Source: an uncultured Planctomycetales bacterium
Lineage (GTDB): Bacteria > Omnitrophota > Gorgyraeia > Zapsychrales > Fredricksoniimonadaceae
NCBI GenBank assembly: GCA_964561885.1
Contig: CAZLRE010000002.1
Location: 1 to 35,303 of the forward strand
Direction of reading: 5' to 3'
Length of the DNA: 35,303 bases
Below the pieces are notes generated by a model. The model saw only the letters and a program-made list of their open reading frames with translations. It searched no databases and was not told the origin of the DNA. Shown here one piece after another: positions 31,319-35,303 of this stretch (its first letter is position 1; each line of letters begins with the position of its first letter). A program made the position numbers and the translations under genes.

Positions 31319-32179
31319 ATGCATATTGCGATTTTAGGAACCGGCATCATGGGCGCACCCATGGCCGAACGTTTGATGGAAGCGGGGCACACCGTCGCGG
31401 TCTACAACCGGACACCCGAGAAGCTCAAGCCGCTCATCGAATTGGGCGCGCACCCGTTTTCCGTTCCCGCCCAGGCCATCAAGGCATCGGATGCTGTGAT
31501 CATTATGCTTTCCGACATCAACGCGATCAATGCGGTCTTGTTCGGTCCCATGAAAGTTTCCTTCAAGAACCGCACGGTCATTCAGATGAGCACGATCGCG
31601 CCCGAAGAAAGCATACGCATGTCCAAACGCATTGCCCGTTCGGGCGGTGAATATTTTGAATGTCCGGTCTTGGGGAGCAAGGAAGAAGCCAAGACCGGGA
31701 ATTTGATCCTCATGTTCGGCGGCACCACAGCCCAGCATGAAAAGTGGTCTGAGGTGTTGACAGCTTTTGGGAAACCGCCGTTGTACATCGGAGAGGTGGG
31801 CAAAGCCTCCGGCATGAAACTTGCGCTCAATCAGCTCATCGCCGGACTGGGCGCGGCCTTCAGTCTTTCGCTGGCGTTCGTGGAGTCCTCCGACATTGAC
31901 CGCGAACTGTTCATGAATATCGTGCGCAAGAGCGCTTTGTTCGCGCCCATGTTCGACAAGAAATGGGAGCGCCTGGTCAACCGCCGTTACGCGGGACCGA
32001 ATTTTCCGACAAAACTTTTGCTCAAAGACGTCAATCTGTTCTTGAAGGAAGCCAAACGCCGCAGGCTCACCACCGATTCTCTGGCCGGCATCCGGCGGGT
32101 GCTGGAGCTGGCGATCCAGGAAGGCCATGGGGATGTGGATTACATTTCGATCATTGAGACAATGCGGGAAAAGAAGTAA
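31319..32179 (+). CDS. NAD(P)-dependent oxidoreductase, 3-hydroxyisobutyrate/6-phosphogluconate dehydrogenase-like family
   Basis: Rossmann motif MHIAILGTGIMGAPMAERL. Conserved GKASGMKLALNQ lysine region. 286 aa. Confidence 0.85.
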   Translation: MHIAILGTGIMGAPMAERLMEAGHTVAVYNRTPEKLKPLIELGAHPFSVPAQAIKASDAVIIMLSDINAINAVLFGPMKVSFKNRTVIQMSTIAPEESIRMSKRIARSGGEYFECPVLGSKEEAKTGNLILMFGGTTAQHEKWSEVLTAFGKPPLYIGEVGKASGMKLALNQLIAGLGAAFSLSLAFVESSDIDRELFMNIVRKSALFAPMFDKKWERLVNRRYAGPNFPTKLLLKDVNLFLKEAKRRRLTTDSLAGIRRVLELAIQEGHGDVDYISIIETMREKK

Positions 32180-33654
32180 TGCTCTTTAACTCTTTTGAGT
32201 TCGGCGCCTTTTTTGTCCTGGTTGCAGGGGCGTATTTTCTGATCCCTCACAGCTGGCGGTGGTTCCTTCTTTTGATGTCCAGCTGTTATTTTTACATGGC
32301 CTTTGTGCCGGTGTACATTCTCGTCCTTCTGGCAACTATTGTGATCGATTACTGGGCCGGAATTCTCATCGAAGGGTCCAAGGGTAGCAAACGCAAAGTC
32401 TATCTGGTCATCAGCATCATCTCAACATGCCTCGTCCTTTTTGTATTCAAATATTTTAATTTCTTTAACACCAATTTCTCAAAATTGGCTGATTTGATCG
32501 GCTGGAATTATCCCGTTGAAAACCTTTCGATCATTTTGCCGATCGGACTTTCCTTTCACACATTCCAAAGTTTGAGCTATGTGATCGAAGTTTATCGAGG
32601 GAACCAGAAGGCGGAGAAACACTTCGGGATCTATTCGTTGTATGTCATGTTTTTCCCCCAATTGGTCGCGGGACCCATCGAACGTCCGCAAAATCTTTTA
32701 CATCAATTCTACGAAAAGCATCATTTTGATTATGTTCGCGTGACCGATGGTTTGAAATTGATGCTGTGGGGGCTTTTCAAGAAAGTCGTCATCGCGGACC
32801 GCCTGGCCGTTGTGGTGGACACCATTTACGGATCTCCGTCGGACTTTTCCGGCATTGCCTATATTACGGCTACGGTTTTCTTCGCCTTTCAGATCTATTG
32901 TGATTTTTCCGGATATTCCGATATGGCCATCGGTTCGGCACAGGTGTTGGGTTTTAAACTGATGGATAACTTTAACCGTCCCTACTTTTCAAAATCGGTG
33001 TCTGAATTCTGGAAAAGATGGCACATCTCGCTGTCCTCATGGTTCAGGGATTATTTGTATATTCCGCTCGGGGGCAACCGCGTTGCGGTTCCCAGAATGT
33101 ATGTGAATTTAATGCTCACATTTGTCTTAAGCGGATTATGGCACGGGGCCAATTGGACCTACATAGTCTGGGGCGCATTAAACGGGGTTTTGATCGTTGG
33201 GTCGGTCGCGACGCGCGATATCCGTGAACGCTGGGTCCATACCATCGGATTGGATCCCCATCCGCGTATACACCGATATCTCAGCATATTGATTACGTTT
33301 ACTTTGATCTGTTTCACCTGGATTTTCTTCCGGGCGAACAACATGAGTGACGCCTTCTTGATTCTTAAGGGGATCGGAGAGGTATTCTCCCAGATCATCA
33401 CATTCGATCTCTCGTTCTTAAAAGAAATTAAGGATATCGAGTCGTGGGGGCTTTCCAAGATCCAGTTTGTCATTGCGTTGCTGATGATCGCGCTCATGGA
33501 ATGTATACATATGGTTCAACGGCATTCCACCATCAGGCATATGCTGCGGGATTTACCGCTTTGGCAGAGATGGACGATATATTATGTCCTTATTTTTACG
33601 GTCCTGGTGTTTTGGCAGGAGAATGACCGGCAGTTTATTTATTTTCAGTTCTGA
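32179..33654 (+). CDS. MBOAT family O-acyltransferase (AlgI/DltB-like)
   Basis: Polytopic protein with FWKRWHISLSSWFRDYLYIPLGGNR and SGLWHGANW motifs. Start overlaps the stop of the preceding gene (TAATG). Confidence 0.9.
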   Translation: MLFNSFEFGAFFVLVAGAYFLIPHSWRWFLLLMSSCYFYMAFVPVYILVLLATIVIDYWAGILIEGSKGSKRKVYLVISIISTCLVLFVFKYFNFFNTNFSKLADLIGWNYPVENLSIILPIGLSFHTFQSLSYVIEVYRGNQKAEKHFGIYSLYVMFFPQLVAGPIERPQNLLHQFYEKHHFDYVRVTDGLKLMLWGLFKKVVIADRLAVVVDTIYGSPSDFSGIAYITATVFFAFQIYCDFSGYSDMAIGSAQVLGFKLMDNFNRPYFSKSVSEFWKRWHISLSSWFRDYLYIPLGGNRVAVPRMYVNLMLTFVLSGLWHGANWTYIVWGALNGVLIVGSVATRDIRERWVHTIGLDPHPRIHRYLSILITFTLICFTWIFFRANNMSDAFLILKGIGEVFSQIITFDLSFLKEIKDIESWGLSKIQFVIALLMIALMECIHMVQRHSTIRHMLRDLPLWQRWTIYYVLIFTVLVFWQENDRQFIYFQF

Positions 33655-33656
33655 TC

Positions 33657-34658
33657 ATGAAAAACAAACTCGTCTATTTAATAGTTTTTATCGCCATTTT
33701 CTTTGTTCTGGATTCTTTTATCGGGCATGTGCTTAAGACGCCCAAGAGAGTCCTGATCCGGGACAAGAAATACGATCCTTATTGGCGCTGGAAAGAATTT
33801 TATGAACTTCCCAAGGATTCGATCGATGTACTTTTCCTTGGTTCGTCACACTGTTACCGCAGTTTTGATCCCAAGATCTTCGATGGTGAGACCGGCATTC
33901 GTTCCATGAACATGGGCAGCTCGGCGCAAACGCCTCTGACCAGTTACTATGTTCTGAAAGAAGTTCTGGAAACGCAGAAACCCAAGCTGCTTGTCATGGA
34001 AATCTATTGGAAGTCCTTTGTCAAAGACAAGAAACACGAGTTTACCAATGTTACCTATAATTTTGAGAACATGCGCTGGGGGCCGCACAGGATCCGGCTT
34101 TTTTTAAGCGGATATACTCTGGAAAATGTCCTGAAACTATGCGTGCAGTCGTTTCATTACAGGCTGGGTTTTGATAATACGATACGGCATTTTATGGGGA
34201 AGAATGTTTCCTGGGCTACGGGTGATTACTACAACGGGCGTGGATATGTTTTGAATCCGAATATCGCGACATTCGAGGAGCTCAATGAAGCCAATCAGTT
34301 CAAGGGAACCCTCCTTAAAGTTGATGATCTAAAACCCGTCTATGTTAGATATCTTAAGAAGATCGTCGAACTGTGCCGCAGCCGGAATATCCCCATTGTT
34401 TTTGTGACCGCGCCTCTGCCGCCGACGACCCTGGGAATGATCGGGCAGTATGAAGTCATCCACAATTTTTTTATGTCGATCGCGCAAAGTTTTGGCATCG
34501 TTTATATGGATTACAATGTTGAGCCATATAAGCTTGGGCTTGATGATTCGTATTTCAGGGACGATAATCATTTAAACGTTTCGGGGGTTGATGTGTTCAC
34601 GCGGGATATCGCCCGTCGTTTGAGAGAACTGAACTTGATAGGCCCACCGTCGCAATAA
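33657..34658 (+). CDS. SGNH/DltD-like acyl-transfer partner protein (DUF1574-like), N-terminally anchored
   Basis: Single N-terminal TM. LFLGSSHCYRSF (GDS-type block I with Ser) and C-terminal FRDDNHLNVSG (DxxH block V). Starts 2 nt after the MBOAT gene. Confidence 0.6.
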   Translation: MKNKLVYLIVFIAIFFVLDSFIGHVLKTPKRVLIRDKKYDPYWRWKEFYELPKDSIDVLFLGSSHCYRSFDPKIFDGETGIRSMNMGSSAQTPLTSYYVLKEVLETQKPKLLVMEIYWKSFVKDKKHEFTNVTYNFENMRWGPHRIRLFLSGYTLENVLKLCVQSFHYRLGFDNTIRHFMGKNVSWATGDYYNGRGYVLNPNIATFEELNEANQFKGTLLKVDDLKPVYVRYLKKIVELCRSRNIPIVFVTAPLPPTTLGMIGQYEVIHNFFMSIAQSFGIVYMDYNVEPYKLGLDDSYFRDDNHLNVSGVDVFTRDIARRLRELNLIGPPSQ

Positions 34659-34669
34659 ACCTTAAATTT

Positions 34670-35303
34670 ATGATGTCCAAGACATTCCAATACAAACCCG
34701 GCAGCATCGGAGAAATGGTTGCGGTTGCGTTTCCCATAGTGGTTTCTTTTGCCTGCGAGACCGCCATGATCTTCACCGACCGGGTGTTTCTGGCCAGGCT
34801 CGATTCCCAAAGTATGAGCGCAGCTATGGCCGGAGGCCTGTCGGTGTTTGTGATGATGTCGTTTTTCTTCGGACTCATCAGTTACACGACAGCGTTGGTG
34901 GCCCAATATTACGGAGCTGGCAAAAAAGAGGGCTGTGCGCGGTCGCTGTCCCAGGCGGTCATCATCGCCCTGGCCGCTTATCCCGTGATCCTTTTGTTGT
35001 CTCCCTCGGCCCACTGGATTTTTGCCCAAAGCGGAATCGATGCTGTTCAACTGGAACACCAGAGCCGGTATTTCAATATCCTGGTCTTCGGTTCTGTCTT
35101 TAATCTCCTTCGTCATGCGTTAAGTGCATTTTTTACCGGCATCGGACGCACCCGCATTGTGATGGCCGGGGCAGCGCTTGCCATGATCGTGAATATCGTT
35201 TTGAATTACATCTTTGTTTTCGGGAAATTGGGTTCTCCGGCGTTGGGAATCCAGGGCGCGGCGCTGGGTACGGTGATCGCCTCAGCCTGCGCAGCCCTGT
35301 TTT
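34670..35303 (+). CDS. MATE family efflux transporter, 3'-truncated by the window edge
   Basis: This frame is open from ATG 34670 to the window end, which is why it is absent from the track. Motifs MVAVAFPIVVSFACETAMIFTDRVFLARL...ALVAQYYGAGKKE...GIQGAALGTVIA are typical of the NorM/MATE N-terminal half. Confidence 0.85.
   Translation, partial: MMSKTFQYKPGSIGEMVAVAFPIVVSFACETAMIFTDRVFLARLDSQSMSAAMAGGLSVFVMMSFFFGLISYTTALVAQYYGAGKKEGCARSLSQAVIIALAAYPVILLLSPSAHWIFAQSGIDAVQLEHQSRYFNILVFGSVFNLLRHALSAFFTGIGRTRIVMAGAALAMIVNIVLNYIFVFGKLGSPALGIQGAALGTVIASACAALF

Noticed and set aside
31334-32128. 264-aa minus-strand ORF
   Set aside because: Antisense to the Rossmann-fold oxidoreductase, which has clear GxGxxG and catalytic Lys motifs.
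34568-35116. 182-aa minus-strand ORF at the window end
   Set aside because: Antisense to the MATE transporter frame, which is open from 34670 to the window edge and absent from the track only because it has no stop.
1-35303. CRISPR arrays, rRNA, tRNA, transposases or integrases
   Set aside because: No run of three or more regularly spaced identical repeats. No rRNA or tRNA consensus blocks were seen by eye. No ORF has DDE, tyrosine- or serine-recombinase motifs. Detection by eye is imperfect for short ncRNAs.

Overview
35.3-kb chromosomal segment from a diderm (Gram-negative-type) bacterium. My guess is an uncultivated lineage, but that is inference only. All product calls come from reading motifs in the translated ORFs; no database search was possible.

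Gene content is mostly envelope and housekeeping:
- comEC (5'-partial)
- marR-type regulator, RND adaptor, and an RND permease fused in frame to a NodT-type outer-membrane factor
- a CxxC-x17-CxxC zinc-ribbon protein
- a small accessory cassette: RHH antitoxin, RelE/ParE toxin, Mrr_N-like winged-helix protein, secreted histidine phosphatase
- bamD-lptE-holA
- rpsT, divergent from murJ
- a short uvrC
- an AT-rich orphan gene
- a 1955-aa TPR plus alpha-2-macroglobulin gene followed by three small tightly packed genes
- two pilT-family ATPases (minus strand)
- hemH
- an RNB ribonuclease translationally coupled to two secreted proteins
- oxidoreductase, MBOAT, SGNH/DltD-like protein and a MATE transporter (3'-partial)

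I found no rRNA, tRNA, CRISPR array, transposase or integrase.

Features most worth a second look:
1. The single 1514-codon RND-OMF reading frame, which has an intact lipoprotein signal peptide at the joint.
2. An ~80-nt three-stem element present twice in direct orientation with compensatory base changes, bracketing the toxin-antitoxin cassette.
3. A ~1.3-kb AT-rich orphan gene sitting where the HhH domain of uvrC should be.
4. The TPR-A2M operon.
5. Two families of nested-palindrome (REP-like) elements in intergenic regions.

I cannot show that any of these is a complete new system. The AT-rich orphan and the repeat-bracketed cassette are the best candidates for accessory or defence-type content.
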